A stretch of DNA of 63,696 nt, counting the filler, from Octopus bimaculoides (lineage: Eukaryota): the NCBI RefSeq assembly GCF_001194135.2. It is 8 parts of 8 records of this genome, joined end to end, with 100 filler letters (N's around TTAATTAATTAA, not from the genome) between each part and the next. Parts side by side here need not be neighbours in the genome. Positions count along the whole stretch, not along the records: positions 33,586 to 39,390 come from NC_068988.1; positions 39,491 to 44,225 come from NC_068991.1; positions 44,326 to 47,637 come from NC_068999.1; positions 47,738 to 56,229 come from NC_068983.1; 4 more parts are not named here. The stretch is one strand, 5' to 3'. The notes below the pieces were generated by a model, which saw only the letters and a program-made list of their open reading frames with translations, ran no database searches and was not told the origin of the DNA. Numbering within the stretch: position 1 is the stretch's first letter; each line of letters starts with the position of its first letter. Position numbers and translations under genes: made by a program. This document shows positions 38,591 through 50,304 of the stretch, piece by piece.

Positions 38591-39053
38591 CCATCCACTC
38601 TCCGTTCTCATTAACCTCCTCCTTCTTCGCCTCTCCTCGTCCACCGCCTCCTTTCTGTCTCCATTTCTCTCTTTTACATCTTCTTCCCCTTCTTCTCCTT
38701 CGCCTTCCTCTCCTCTCCCTACCACCAACCCACCTCCATTCCTACCAACATTCCCTCAGTCTATCCTCAATAATTTATCTCTAGCATTCTGAGTCCTTAA
38801 TATAAACTGCATCTAGTGACTACCCACTAAACCAGCTCCGTTTTAATTATCTGGCAGCTCAGTCTTTATAACCAAATGAGAAATAGATACTCTACTTTTT
38901 ACGTATTTATTTGTTTACTCATGTCTTATTTCATTATTTCTGCATATTTTTGTTTTATTTGCTTTAATCTAGCTTAATTAATTAAACATCTAAATATACC
39001 TTTTACATTAACACATGCAAAGCATTCTTCTATGAAGTTGTTTAGACGGAGAT

Positions 39054-39086
<33 letters not shown>

Positions 39087-39229
39087 AAGAGAGAGATAGA
39101 GGAGAGAGATGTATATTTGCATACATGTAATCATGTGTACCAAGGTATATTTATAACTATGCATTATCAACGTAGACTTGAGTGGGGACATCCTCGCTCT
39201 AACTCTCTCTCTCTCTCTCTCTCCCTATA

Positions 39230-39390
39230 GGCGCAGGCGTGGCTGTGTGGTAAGAAACTTGCTTCCCAACAACGTGGCTCCGTGTACAGTCCCACCGCGT
39301 GTCACCTTGAGCAATTGTCTTCTACGATATCCTCGTAAGTGGATTCGGTAGAGAGAAACTGACAGAAGCCCATCGTATGTATATATATAT
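39230..39390 (+). mobile_element. SINE family B head
   Basis: ggcgcaggcgtggctgtgtggtaagaaacttgcttcccaac...gaaactgacagaagcccatcg. Confidence 0.8.
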
Positions 39391-39539
39391 NNNNNNNNNN
39401 NNNNNNNNNNNNNNNNNNNNNNNNNNNNNNNNNNTTAATTAATTAANNNNNNNNNNNNNNNNNNNNNNNNNNNNNNNNNNNNNNNNNNNNTATTATTATT
39501 ATTATTATTATTATTACTATTATTATTATCATTTAAAGG

Positions 39540-40860
39540 TCACAATACATGTATCAAAGTGCTACTAATGGTTCCATATGTTGAGAGAACACAAACATAT
39601 TCTTCACGCGCAAACCACATAACGAACTAAAACAATTGAATAAATAGAAGAAATACGATGAAGCTGAGATGGCAGCATACAGAAAACTCAGACGCAATAG
39701 ATTGGTTTAAGAATAAGGCTAAATCTGCCCAGTTTGATATCATAGACTTTTATCCATCTATATCTAGATTGTTGCTTGATAAAGCTAGTGAATTTGCTAA
39801 TTCATATGTTGAAATTGACCCTATAGATCTAGATTTTATCAGCCATGCGGGAAAAACACTTTTGTTTACTAAAGGATTAGAATAGGTAAAAAGAAGTCGC
39901 ATAATGATGAACTATTTGATGTATCTATGGGGTCATATGACAGATGTCTGTGATCTTGTGGCTGATTTATATTAAACACAGTGAGATATAGACACACAGG
40001 TTTTGACACCATGACGACAGCTTAGGTATTTCCCATGGGTGTAATGGTCATACCCTTGATAGATTTAGGAAGGAACTAATTTCAACCTTAAATCAATTAG
40101 GACTTAAAATCACAGTAACTACTAATTTCTGTATAGTTGATTATTTAGATGTTTCCCTAGATTTAAACTCCTCGTATAAGCTTTTCCATAAGCTTAATGA
40201 AAAACTCACATATATACATAAACAGTCCTGTCACCCTCCTGTAGTGTTTAAAAATCTGATAGCTAATATTAGTAACGGAGTGTCTAACCTCTTTTCTTCC
40301 AAAGAAATTTTCGACAAAGCTGCCCCTATTATAAAAAGGCCCTAGATAAATTGATATATAATCCCTCTATTAATCAAATATTAATAATAGATCTAGTGGC
40401 ATCAAAGATAAAGTAGTACCTAACCACTCTAGTATTAATCAGGATAATAAGAAACTAAAAAAAAAAGGTCAAAGAAAATTATTCGGTTCGCCCCTCCCTT
40501 TTCCCTTAATATAAAAACTAATATTGGTAAAAGATTCCTGTCACTCCTAGACAAACACTTTGCAGCTACCCACAGATACAGGAAAATATTCACTAGGCGT
40601 TCTGTGAAAATATCATAAAGCTACTGCCCAAATATGAAGAATATCATTACACGTGGTCAATACCAAGAACCTGAATCCACCTGCAACTGTCGCGACTCAT
40701 GATCCTGTCCACTTGACTAACGATGTAAGATTAAATCTATCATATATGAGGCAGAGGTTACTGCAACCGTATTTTGGATTATGTGAAGGAGAATTTAAAA
40801 ATCGTTATGCCAATCACATAGCCTCCTTCCGACATAGGGACAAAAGTAAAGCTAGTTAGC
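39540..40860 (+). mobile_element. Degenerate Penelope-like element (RT + GIY-YIG endonuclease)
   Basis: FDIIDFYPSI, MGSYD..CDLV, DDSLG, IVDYLDV, SCHPPVVFKNL, WFAPPFSLNIKTNIGKRFL and YFGLCEGEFKNRYANHIASF. Confidence 0.85.
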
Positions 40861-41319
40861 TACGTATGGACTGCATTTTCTTTTTAGGATAAGGAGTAAA
40901 CAGTATAGACAGTAAAATGCCATTGTTCTCTAGGTCTGATAAGATAGTCCATACACCAGAACCAAAAAAAAAGCAAATAAAATCAGTGACAGTTAAAATC
41001 TGCTTCGATAGTACTGCATTACCTTTGGATATTCTTGTTGCTTATTTTGATTTTAAGTACTTCAGCCGGTGAGAGTAAATATTTTTTAATGTGTACTGTA
41101 TATAGTTATGAGCTACTAATAGTTCCATACACTGGAAATATTTCCTAAGCAGGTTTTAATAACACACATTGTGTCTCCGAGCAATCTGCTGGTTCTGCGC
41201 ACATGGCCAGTACAGGTTACGAATCAGGGACTGTAGAACAAGAGAAATCATGACAAAAAAAAAAAGACAGAAAGAAAACGAGAGGAAGTTTGATACGACG
41301 AAATTCCAAACTGATTCTG

Positions 41320-41455
41320 TCGGCTAAGTTTATTCACCTGACATTGGTTGACTGGAGCTATAGTGGCAGACCCTTACAAAGATACCGCGCAATGGGACTG
41401 AACCTGAAGCCACATATTTGCAAAGTGAACTTGTAAATGCACAGCCAAGCCTGCG
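41320..41455 (-). mobile_element. SINE family B head, degenerate
   Basis: Reverse complement of ggcttggctgtgc...caggttcagtcccattgcgcgg. Confidence 0.65.
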
Positions 41456-41494
41456 ATATGCAGATTTACCTTATACTAATGGCTTCAGATTCTG

Positions 41495-41685
41495 TCATAT
41501 AAGGCCAGCAAGTCCTAGGGAATGGGTAAGTCGATTACATCGATCCTAGTACTTGGCTGGTACTTATTTTATCGACCTCCGAAAGGATGAAAGGCAAAGT
41601 CGACATCGGTGGAATTTGAACTCAGAACCTAAAAACAGACGAAATACCGCTAAGCATTTTATCCGACGTGCTAACGATTCTGATT
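41495..41685 (-). mobile_element. SINE family A, antisense, just upstream of the first SLC22 exon
   Basis: Reverse complement of gaatcgttagcacgtcggataaaatgcttagcggtatttcgtc...cctttcatcctttcggaggtcgataaaataagtaccag. Confidence 0.85.
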
Positions 41686-41831
41686 GATGGCTTTCTTATC
41701 ATCTACCTCATAATAATATCTAGAATATCTGTAAACCAATAATGAAACTGCATCACTATTTCATACCAAACTATTTTTCCTTTTTTTTTTTTTTTTTNNN
41801 NNNNNNNTTTTTTTTTTTTTTGTTTCTCCAG

Positions 41832-42034
41832 GTATTTGTTCTGAGTTCCGTAACTCTGGCGTGTGAGTTATACCCGAAGGAAAAACGTATCGTTATGACT
41901 GGTATATTTATGTTTATCTGGAGCATGCTAAGTTGTTTACTTGGGTTGATAGCCTATCTTTTCAAGGATTACAGTTGGAACACGTTATTTTTATTTAACG
42001 CTGTTGTATCAGGATATTTCTTAGTAGACTTATT
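41832..42034 (+). CDS. Internal coding exon of an SLC22-family (MFS organic cation/carnitine transporter-like) gene
   Basis: Pyrimidine tract + ccag acceptor (AG ends 41831) and gtaagt donor at 42035. Translation VFVLSSVTLACELYPKEKRIVMTGIFMFIWSMLSCLLGLIAYLFKDYSWNTLFLFNAVVSGYFLVDL has the SLC22-like E-x-x-P-x-x-R motif, hydrophobic TM segments and the conserved W. Ends in phase 2 (TT). Confidence 0.85.
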
Positions 42035-42335
42035 GTAAGTACCCTTCACTCACCCACATTAGATTAGTTCTTCACGTTATTTCCTCCCTATTTTTCATGA
42101 TCAACCCCTCCTTTACTACCCCCACTGCCGCCGCCACAACCATCACTATCAACAACGGCATCACCACACCAGCAACATAACCAACATCACACCCACAACC
42201 ACAACCACCACCACCGCCACCACCACCATCTCCTACACAATATCAACAGGTTATGTATGTGTGTATGTATGTATGTATGTATGTATGTATGTATGTATTC
42301 ATGCATGTATGTTCATGTGTAAGCCTTTGTATGTA

Positions 42336-43500
42336 TTAGGTTGAGTAAACAGTAAGCAACGTTTTGAGCCATGAAGAATTTGTACTGAATTTTTGCAGAG
42401 TTTGGGATTTTTTGAACATTTTTTTTTCAATTGTCTGATAATACAGATATAGACTTGCCCAAATGTTGTTACACTCATCTGAATTGGAACTATCAAAGCG
42501 TGATATTCGAGCAATTTTGCTATTCAACTTCAAAAACGGGCGTACGGCAGCTGAAAATACTCGTGATATCTAGGAAACGTTTGGTGTGCAAATGACCAGT
42601 GAGTGGTTAGCTCGAAAACTGTTTAAACGATTTTGCAGTGGAGACTGAGCCTTGAAGATCGTGAGCGTAGTGGACGCCCGTCTGTCATCGATGATGGTCA
42701 ATGAAAGACCGTCATTGAGAAAGATCCACGTAAAGCCACTCGATAACTGGAAAAAGAACTTCGAGTTAGCCAGAAAATTGCCCGCGATCATTTATATGCG
42801 ATCGGAATATCAAAAGACCTCGACAAATGGGCATCACACGATTTGAATGAAAATCAGAAAATGCGCAGATATGAAATTTGCTCGTCGCTTCTTCTCCGTG
42901 ACCAGTCCTATCCATTTCTCGATGGTATTGTAACTTGCGATGAAAAGTAGATTCTGTAAAAAATAAGGTTATGGTGTTTATTTGGTGGTGTAACTACTAG
43001 ACTCATCCACTATTACTTTCTAAAACCCGGAAAAACCATTACTGCAGAAACATATTGCCATGGAATTGCCAAAATGAACGAAAAATTGCTACTCCTCCGT
43101 ACCAGACTGGTCAAGACAAGAGGGCCAATCAATCTTTATGACAATGCTCGAGCACACGTTTCACTGATGACGCTCCAGAAGTTGAGGGAACTTGGCTACG
43201 AAGATCTTCCCCAGCCAGCTTATTCTCCAAACCTTTCTCCAACCGTCTAACCACTTTTTCAAGCACCTTGATGGTTTCCTGTGAGAGGAGTCCAAAACTC
43301 AAACCGATTCTGAAAGTGCGTTCAAAGAGTCAATAAGCTCCAGAATTCCAGATTTTTATGTTACCAGAATAAACAAACTTGTAACTCGTTGGTAAAATTG
43401 TTAATTGTAATGACACTTACTTTGATGAATAAAATTTCCGCATTGTGAAATATATTATGATTAATTTCATGTTTCAAAACGTTGCTTACTTTTTACAATA
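42336..43500 (+). mobile_element. Degenerate near-complete mariner element inside the SLC22 intron
   Basis: TA + ttaggttgagtaaacagtaagcaacgttttga at the left end and its complement tcaaaacgttgcttact near 43474-43490. Transposase remnants ELSKRDIRAILLFNFK, EDRERSGRP, IVTCDEK, YDNARAHV, PAYSPNLSP. Confidence 0.9.
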
Positions 43501-43642
43501 TATATTGTTTCCTTGTCTTGCAATAACATCACTATTTACCGACGAATCTTTACGAAATCTGGTAGGGAGACTGAAGTGCGTGTCCACGCAGGATAAACCA
43601 CCAAATGTTACATATTTCTTTATCTAAACTTTACTCTTGCAG

Positions 43643-43984
43643 GTTCATGGAAGAATCTCTCCGATGGTTATTTGCAAATTCGAAAATAAAAGCTGCAGAG
43701 GATATTCTCAAAAAGGCAGCAAGACAAAACAAAATTGATTTTGATAATGTCTGGAATATAACTTTAAAAGATGCCTCAAAACAACAAGTAGATAGCCATG
43801 TGAACGAAGCAAGTCATGAGAGCCAAAACCGTGGGACAATCAGCCCGATAGATGACACAGCGACCACAATTGTTGAGGATAAACAACCAAACATTGAAAA
43901 GGAAACCTCTACGTTTGCCAAGTTACTTGCTGTCTTTAAATTACCCTATTTGAGGAAAATTACTATCGTTGTCTCTATAGAATG
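43643..43984 (+). CDS. Next coding exon of the same SLC22-family gene (central cytoplasmic loop)
   Basis: Acceptor ttactcttgcag (AG ends 43642). The first base G completes TT|G = Leu, so the phase matches the previous exon. Translation FMEESLRWLFANSKIKAAEDILKKAARQNK...KLPYLRKITIVVSIEW matches the SLC22 PESPRWL...A..IL..AA..N and LR..T...W motifs. gtaagt donor at 43985, phase 2. Confidence 0.88.
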
Positions 43985-44734
43985 GTAAGTTACATACTCT
44001 TATTGTTGCTGATGTTTTGACTCTTCTCATAAGGTGCGCGCGCGTGTGTGTGCATGTGTGTATGTATATATACATATATATAGTAATAAGAAAATGGAGG
44101 GAAATATGTGGTACTCATCAGCTTGCAGACATTGTACTATGTTAATTGACCTGTTTCTTTTATGTATATATATTTATACATGTGTGTGTATGTATGTACG
44201 TATATATATATATATATATATATATNNNNNNNNNNNNNNNNNNNNNNNNNNNNNNNNNNNNNNNNNNNNTTAATTAATTAANNNNNNNNNNNNNNNNNNN
44301 NNNNNNNNNNNNNNNNNNNNNNNNNAGTTGACTCAGAATCATTGCTCTTCTTCATCACTTGTCTGCGTTCATGCGGAACGGCATTAAGTGTTTTCGCCTC
44401 TGGCATTAGGAGCGGGAAGTCGGCCTCGTTGAAAACCTTAGCCATATTCGTTTTAAAGAATATGGCTAGGAACGAGGAAGATATGTTTGAATTTTTGGAA
44501 ATAAGGCTCTAAATAGAGCTATTTCTGATTTGAAAAATATATGTTCACGAAGTATTTTGTGTTATACACAACTTATACAAAATTTTAAAACAAAATAGGT
44601 CTTTTAAGAGGTGAAAAATGCAACTTACATGGGAGCCGATGTGTCTACCGTCCGTCCATGATGATAGATAGATAGGTAGATAGATAGATATTCATGTATA
44701 TGCATAAATACACATGCAACATATATTTATATAA

Positions 44735-45440
44735 AACTAGCTGAGTAACCCGTTCTTGCAGTGTAATTTTCACAATAGAAAGCTTTGGCAGACTGTTGGC
44801 ATACCAAACATAGTTTGAATTTACTGCGTTTTGACATAGAATTTTTCAATTTTCTCTTCGCTTTACACCTTTGCAAGTGATAGGTGGAAGCTTTTTCTGA
44901 AAAGAATTTGTGAATACACCATCCCTACTTCCGAATCGAATTTTTTTTTTCACTACGCTCTTATAAATAATGGGATTCCACTTTTCGGTAATTTTCAGAT
45001 CCTACTCCCCCACTCAGCACAGATTTTGGTCAATGGTTTTCTTCCACTACGTACTTGAAAACGATGGGAGAAGCGATAAAGGTTTAAAAAAGGAAACATT
45101 TTCGGAAATAGCACTCACCGTTACAATCCCCACTTTTCAAATAGAAAAATGAACGTAATTTAAAAATAATGGAGAAAACTTTTTTTAATTTTTCCATTAA
45201 CCCCGGTCCTCCATAAATCCTAAAAGTTCGGCTTTTTCCTCAATTCTTTCTTTAATAATAGTTTTAAAATACGGATAGTCGGAATTTTAAATTAGTTTCT
45301 GTTCAGAATTACAATATAATTTTCAGGAGTAAAACTGTGTGAGGTAAGGGAGGTTTAGCTGTTGTTTCTAGCACATCTCACGACCTCCTGCTACCTTCCT
45401 GGTTTCTTTGTCAGTCTCATATACTTATGTTTTTCGATAT
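44735..45440. mobile_element. Possible non-autonomous Helitron/Helentron-like insertion
   Basis: Begins aactagctgagtaacccg after (AT)n, which resembles actagc..acccg 5' ends of such elements. No coding capacity and the 3' end is unclear. Confidence 0.25.
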
Positions 45441-45555
45441 TTCTCGGTGATCTATTGTGCAAAGAACAAGAACAAAGCAATGGAAATATGAAATTTTAAT
45501 TCACTACATCAAAGACTCTGTTTCTACTGAACACTGATACTGTGTGTATCTTCAT

Positions 45556-45602
<47 letters not shown>

Positions 45603-45708
45603 AACGGAGAGAGAGAAAGAGAGAGATAGAAAGAGAGAGAGAGAGAAAGAGGGAGAGGGAAAGAAAGAGAGGGAGAGAGAAAGAAAGAGAGGGATAGAAA
45701 AAGATAGG

Positions 45709-45774
<66 letters not shown>

Positions 45775-46604
45775 CATGCATCGTACGCCCTTTGGCTGTT
45801 CAACAGAAGTTAGACACGTGGAAATTTTACGTTAGTACGAATAGCCATGGTCCTTTCGGTCTTTGAAAATTATAAATAGTAAGCCAAAATAAAACGTAGG
45901 CAAACTATGAGCTGACTGTAAATTTAACAGCAAAGCAGCTAAAAAAAGCCAAGGTTGTCTGTGTACAAATTTTGCTTCCCAACCGCACTGTTAGGATTCG
46001 AGCCTGCTTCATTACACAAGGTAAATGTTTTACTTACATGGCCTTGATGTTATAGTTGCCTTGCGATTGAAATCTGGTAGGGTGAAACTGAAGAAGTTCG
46101 TCATATGTAAATGGAGTGCGGCTAAATCTGATAATATCAATCGACCACTTCGATTTGGGAAATTAGTTTGCTGATCATTGTCTTGAGAAAGAGTGTAGTA
46201 CATATTGCGTGTGTGTGTGAGTTGAGTGTGTGTGTGAGTTGAGTGAGTATGTTTGCATATATNNNNNNNNNNNNNNNNNNNNNNNNNNNNNNNNNNNNNN
46301 NNNNNNNNNNNNNNNNNNNNNNNNNNNNNNNNNNNNNNNNNNNNNNNNNNNNNNNNNNNNNNNNNNNNNNNNNNNNNNNNNNNNNNNNNNNNNNNNNNNN
46401 NNNNNNNNNNNNNNNNNNNNNNNNNNNNNNNNNNNNNNNNNNNNNNNNNNNNNNNNNNNNNNNNNNNNNNNNNNNNNNNNNNNNNNNNNNNNNNNNNNNN
46501 NNNNNNNNNNNNNNNNNNNNNNNNNNNNNNNNNNNNNNNNNNNNNNNNNNNNNNNNNNNNNNNNNNNNNNNNNTGTGTGTGTGTGTGTGTGTCTGTATGC
46601 ATGT

Positions 46605-47637
46605 ATTTATAAACAAAATTAAGGGATCAGCAAACTGGTTGCTTCACCACATACCGAAGTTCAGAAATAGCAGCTAAAAATGCTGAAACTCCAACAGATA
46701 GCAGTTACCCGCAACTCACATAGGCAAAACAAGAAGAAAAATAACGAACTAAACTAGCCATAGTTAATCATAGACATGTTTCTGGTTTAGGAGAATAAAA
46801 ACTCCTCATTACCTCATCGGTATGATATTCCTGTTGTAAATTCGACGATACTGGCAAATGTGCATGCATGATCTAGCGCCATTATTTCAGTCTACACATT
46901 TTGAAAGTATCTCCAAATCTACATAGGCGAGCCAGCCCATCATCTTCCTTCGCGGATTACCATGTGTGTCGCAGGCGGTACCGCAGAAAATCTGTGGTTT
47001 ACTATCCGAGAGTGAATAATTAATTATTACACTTAAAAGGGTAAAGGATTATCAATTTATTAATAAATTAATAATTAATAATTTTTACCAAACCCTTCGG
47101 TATGTAAGCACCATTATCGGTGTGGAACTTATTTAAAAGTTCTTATACATTTATAAACAAAATTTGAGGGAAGATGGTGGGCCTATGTAGATTTGGAGAT
47201 ACTTTCAAAATGTGTAGACTGAAATGATGGCGCTAGATCATGCATGCACATTTGCCAGTATCGTCGAATTTACAACAGGATTATCATACCGATGAGGTAA
47301 TGAGGAGTTTTTATCCTTCTAAACCAGAAACATGTCTATGATTAACTATGGCTAGTTTAGTTCGTTATTTTTCTTCTCGTTTTGCCTATGTGAGTTGCGG
47401 GTAACTGCTATCTGTTGGAGTTTCAGCATTTATAGCTGCTATTTCTGAACTTCGATATGTGGTGAAGCAACCAGTTTGCTGATCCCTTAATTTTGTTTAT
47501 AAATGTATAAGAACTTTTAAATAAGTTCCACACCGATAATGGTGCTTACATACCGAACGGCTTAGTAAAAATTATTAATTATTAATTTATTAATAAATTA
47601 ATAATTAATAATTTTTACTAAGCCGTTCGGTATGTAA
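46605..47637. repeat. Nested tandem + inverted duplication, possibly Penelope pseudo-LTR related
   Basis: 46605-46948 is the reverse complement of 47169-47504 with several substitutions. 47058-47165 is the reverse complement of about 47490-47595. 47546-47637 is a perfect 92-bp palindrome. Confidence 0.85.
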
Positions 47638-47739
47638 NNNNNNNNNNNNNNNNNNNNNNNNNNNNNNNNNNNNNNNNNNNNTTAATTAATTAANNNNNNN
47701 NNNNNNNNNNNNNNNNNNNNNNNNNNNNNNNNNNNNNAT

Positions 47740-47890
47740 ATTTCTCTCCCTGTTTATTTCTGTGTTCCTTTTTGTCGAAGAGCGTAGGCTCGAAACGTAA
47801 AAGACTTTCTCACTACCTGAGCGTTAAACTAATGCATCTGCTTGTTGTTTACACACCCTTCTTCATCTTTTTTTTTCGTAAATCCTCACT
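47740..47890 (+). repeat. Second copy of the hammerhead-like repeat
   Basis: CTTT-TTGTCGA-A-GAG-cgtagg-CTC-GAAAC-GTA-AAAG at 47768-47803, with the same downstream gagcgt..actaat..tttacac block. Confidence 0.6.
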
Positions 47891-48678
47891 ATATGTGTGT
47901 GTGTATGTGTGTGTGTGTGTGTAATCCAAAATATAATTATATACTTCTTGTGTTTAAATGTCTGGCCTGATGCCAAAGCATCAGACTTTTAAATTATTAA
48001 AGATACCAAAGATACAAATATATTTTCGAAAGAATTCATATGACCAATGTTCAACATAATCCTACGGTAAGATTGTCCAACATGAATACACAAGTAGGAC
48101 AATGCACATCAATGCATTGATTTTTGTCTTGATTCTTAATAAATCCAATATTTTACAATCACAATAAAGAAACGTAGTTACTGGTTATAGAAACAAGACT
48201 TCGATCTGATCATGGTGAAGAATTCTATTCTTTGAATCAATATATTTCAGCGCTAGAGAATATCATTGGTTTAGTTAAATATTGTCTAATGCACACTCGT
48301 TCTCTGCCGATTTTTAACATTTTCAATGACAATCTCACAAATTGTATGTATCTTAAGTTACCGCGTATTATATTTCCTTCTTGAATTCATTTAATTTCTT
48401 TATACATTATTGTTGCTGCTGTATTTCTTTTACTACAATTGTTGTTGTTGTTTTTGCTCTTCTTCTTCTTCTTCTTCTTCTTCTTCTTCTTCTTCTTCTT
48501 CTTCTTCTTCTTCTTCTTCTTCTCCCTGTTGAAGCCTGTGCAGCTACTGTGTCATGTAAAGATTACACATTTCCCTGTTGTCTGTTCTTTTTTTTATGAT
48601 GACTAGTCAAGAAGAAGAGCCTGTATCTTAAACCCACTGAGTGAACTTAAGTGGATGTAGTATACTGCTAGCTTGCTC

Positions 48679-48900
48679 TCAGAAGCAGAAGTCATTATAA
48701 CAACGGCAGTAGAACCGGAGTGAAATGACAGCACGACTGTGGGCTTGAATCTGGAGAGTATTTTTGAGTCCTTGCCAATCAGCTGGAGGGATCACTTTTT
48801 GATGTGGTCTTAGATATTTGCGTATGGGTTTGTATTTAGCTACAACATCATCCCAGATGTGAAAGAAGTGTCTCCTTGTGGGTCTAAACTCGAGCTTCAT
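48679..48900 (-). CDS. Orphan 73-aa ORF (MKLEFRPTRR...FYCRCYNDFCF) in a candidate terminal exon
   Basis: Non-repetitive, protein-like composition with a Cys-rich end. Lies just downstream of a 92-nt GT..CTAAC..AG intron (49026-48935). No homology recognised. Confidence 0.25.
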   Translation of the reverse strand: MKLEFRPTRRHFFHIWDDVVAKYKPIRKYLRPHQKVIPPADWQGLKNTLQIQAHSRAVISLRFYCRCYNDFCF

Positions 48901-49161
48901 AGAATATCAGAAGTCGTTCGGAACTGGTCATTTCCTGGTCCCAAAGTAGAAAGATAATTTTTGGAATGAATTGTATGTTGTATCATACATTGTTAGAAAT
49001 GATCATCAATGACTGTAAGGACTTACGTTTGTAGCAACTTTGTTGTATTTAATTGCATTGTAGTTAAGTTCAGTAAGTGAAGAACGGTTAGATTTCGAAA
49101 TTTTAGAATTCTAGGATTCTCAACAAATTCAACTTAACCTCATACTTGGCAGTGTTATTAC

Positions 49162-49234
<73 letters not shown>

Positions 49235-49496
49235 AGATCTTAAAGTATTTTACAATGACTAAGTCAAGATATCTATTGTATAGAAGGGTTTTAGAAACAT
49301 TAGCTTATGATTTTTTTTGTCCGCTAGTTAAGAGCATCCACAGGCACCACATTTGGTAGGATTTAAACTCAATAGTGCATGAGAATTAAACATGTAAATT
49401 ATAAAGAGATCTGATTCTAAGTGATGTGATGTGACTCAAAGGATATGAACATTTCTTAAAAAAATAAATGTTCGTAACCACACGGTATCTACTTAC

Positions 49497-49548
49497 AGTT
49501 TAGAAAACAGTAGAGCGTGTGAGGGTTAAGACCCTTGATCATGGAAAA
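49497..49548 (-). CDS. Candidate 52-nt exon (FSMIKGLNPHTLYCFLN)
   Basis: Minus-strand acceptor cttgtatctcgtcattttcctcatgcag and gtaagt donor. Only one frame is open. Confidence 0.25.
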
Positions 49549-50258
49549 CTGCATGAGGAAAATGACGAGATACAAGCCATTGGATCGTTGACTGATTTTC
49601 AAGTCTGAGTCGTATCTCTCACAAATGTTACAACACCTTAAATTATGTGTACCTTTATCAATCATATCACAAAAGAGATATTTTATAATTTACTCTTTTT
49701 AGTTTAATACACAACTTACTTTGTATTCCAAGATATTTGTTGAGTTGGAGACATGTTATTCTTGCTTATGAATTAGTTCCTTGCTGTATACTTACTTATA
49801 GGACACAAATTTAAAACGAATTTAGTTCAATCTTAAACCAACCAACCAACTAGTTTTGTATTTAAATACCAAAACCAGTCATTTCATTTTTAGTCGGTCA
49901 TCTGTTTATTTTATCAGTCCAAATGATCATTTATTTATTTTATCGATCCGATCAAGATCATCTGTTTATTTTATCGATTCAGAGGTTATGAGACTAAATG
50001 TGTGTGCCTACATAAGATAATGTATAATTACACCATTGTAGACTTTAAGATTTTGGAGTACTAGTTATTGCACTCCCTCATTTGCGTCTGGGTAGCAAAT
50101 TGATAAGAGTTAATATATGTTGAGTGACTAATAATTATAAAACAGAAACATCCCCTACTTTGAGTTCTGAATATCAGAAACTATGACTAATACAACACTA
50201 CATAAAAACCACTATGTCTTCCACTCAGTCTAGACTAACTTAAAATGTATATACATAC

Positions 50259-50304
50259 AAAAATGTAACAGTATCAATAATTGAATTAGTCCGAAGACAA
50301 TAGT
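50259..50304 (-). CDS. Candidate 46-nt exon (TIVFGLIQLLILLHF, hydrophobic)
   Basis: Long minus-strand pyrimidine tract ending tctatacaattcag, and a gtatgt donor. Confidence 0.25.

Noticed and set aside
37844-38784. Long His-, Asp-, Met- and Ile-rich ORFs (256, 190, 156 and 123 aa)
   Set aside because: All are translations of one (CAT/CGT)n microsatellite that is open in several frames on both strands. No flanking coding signal.
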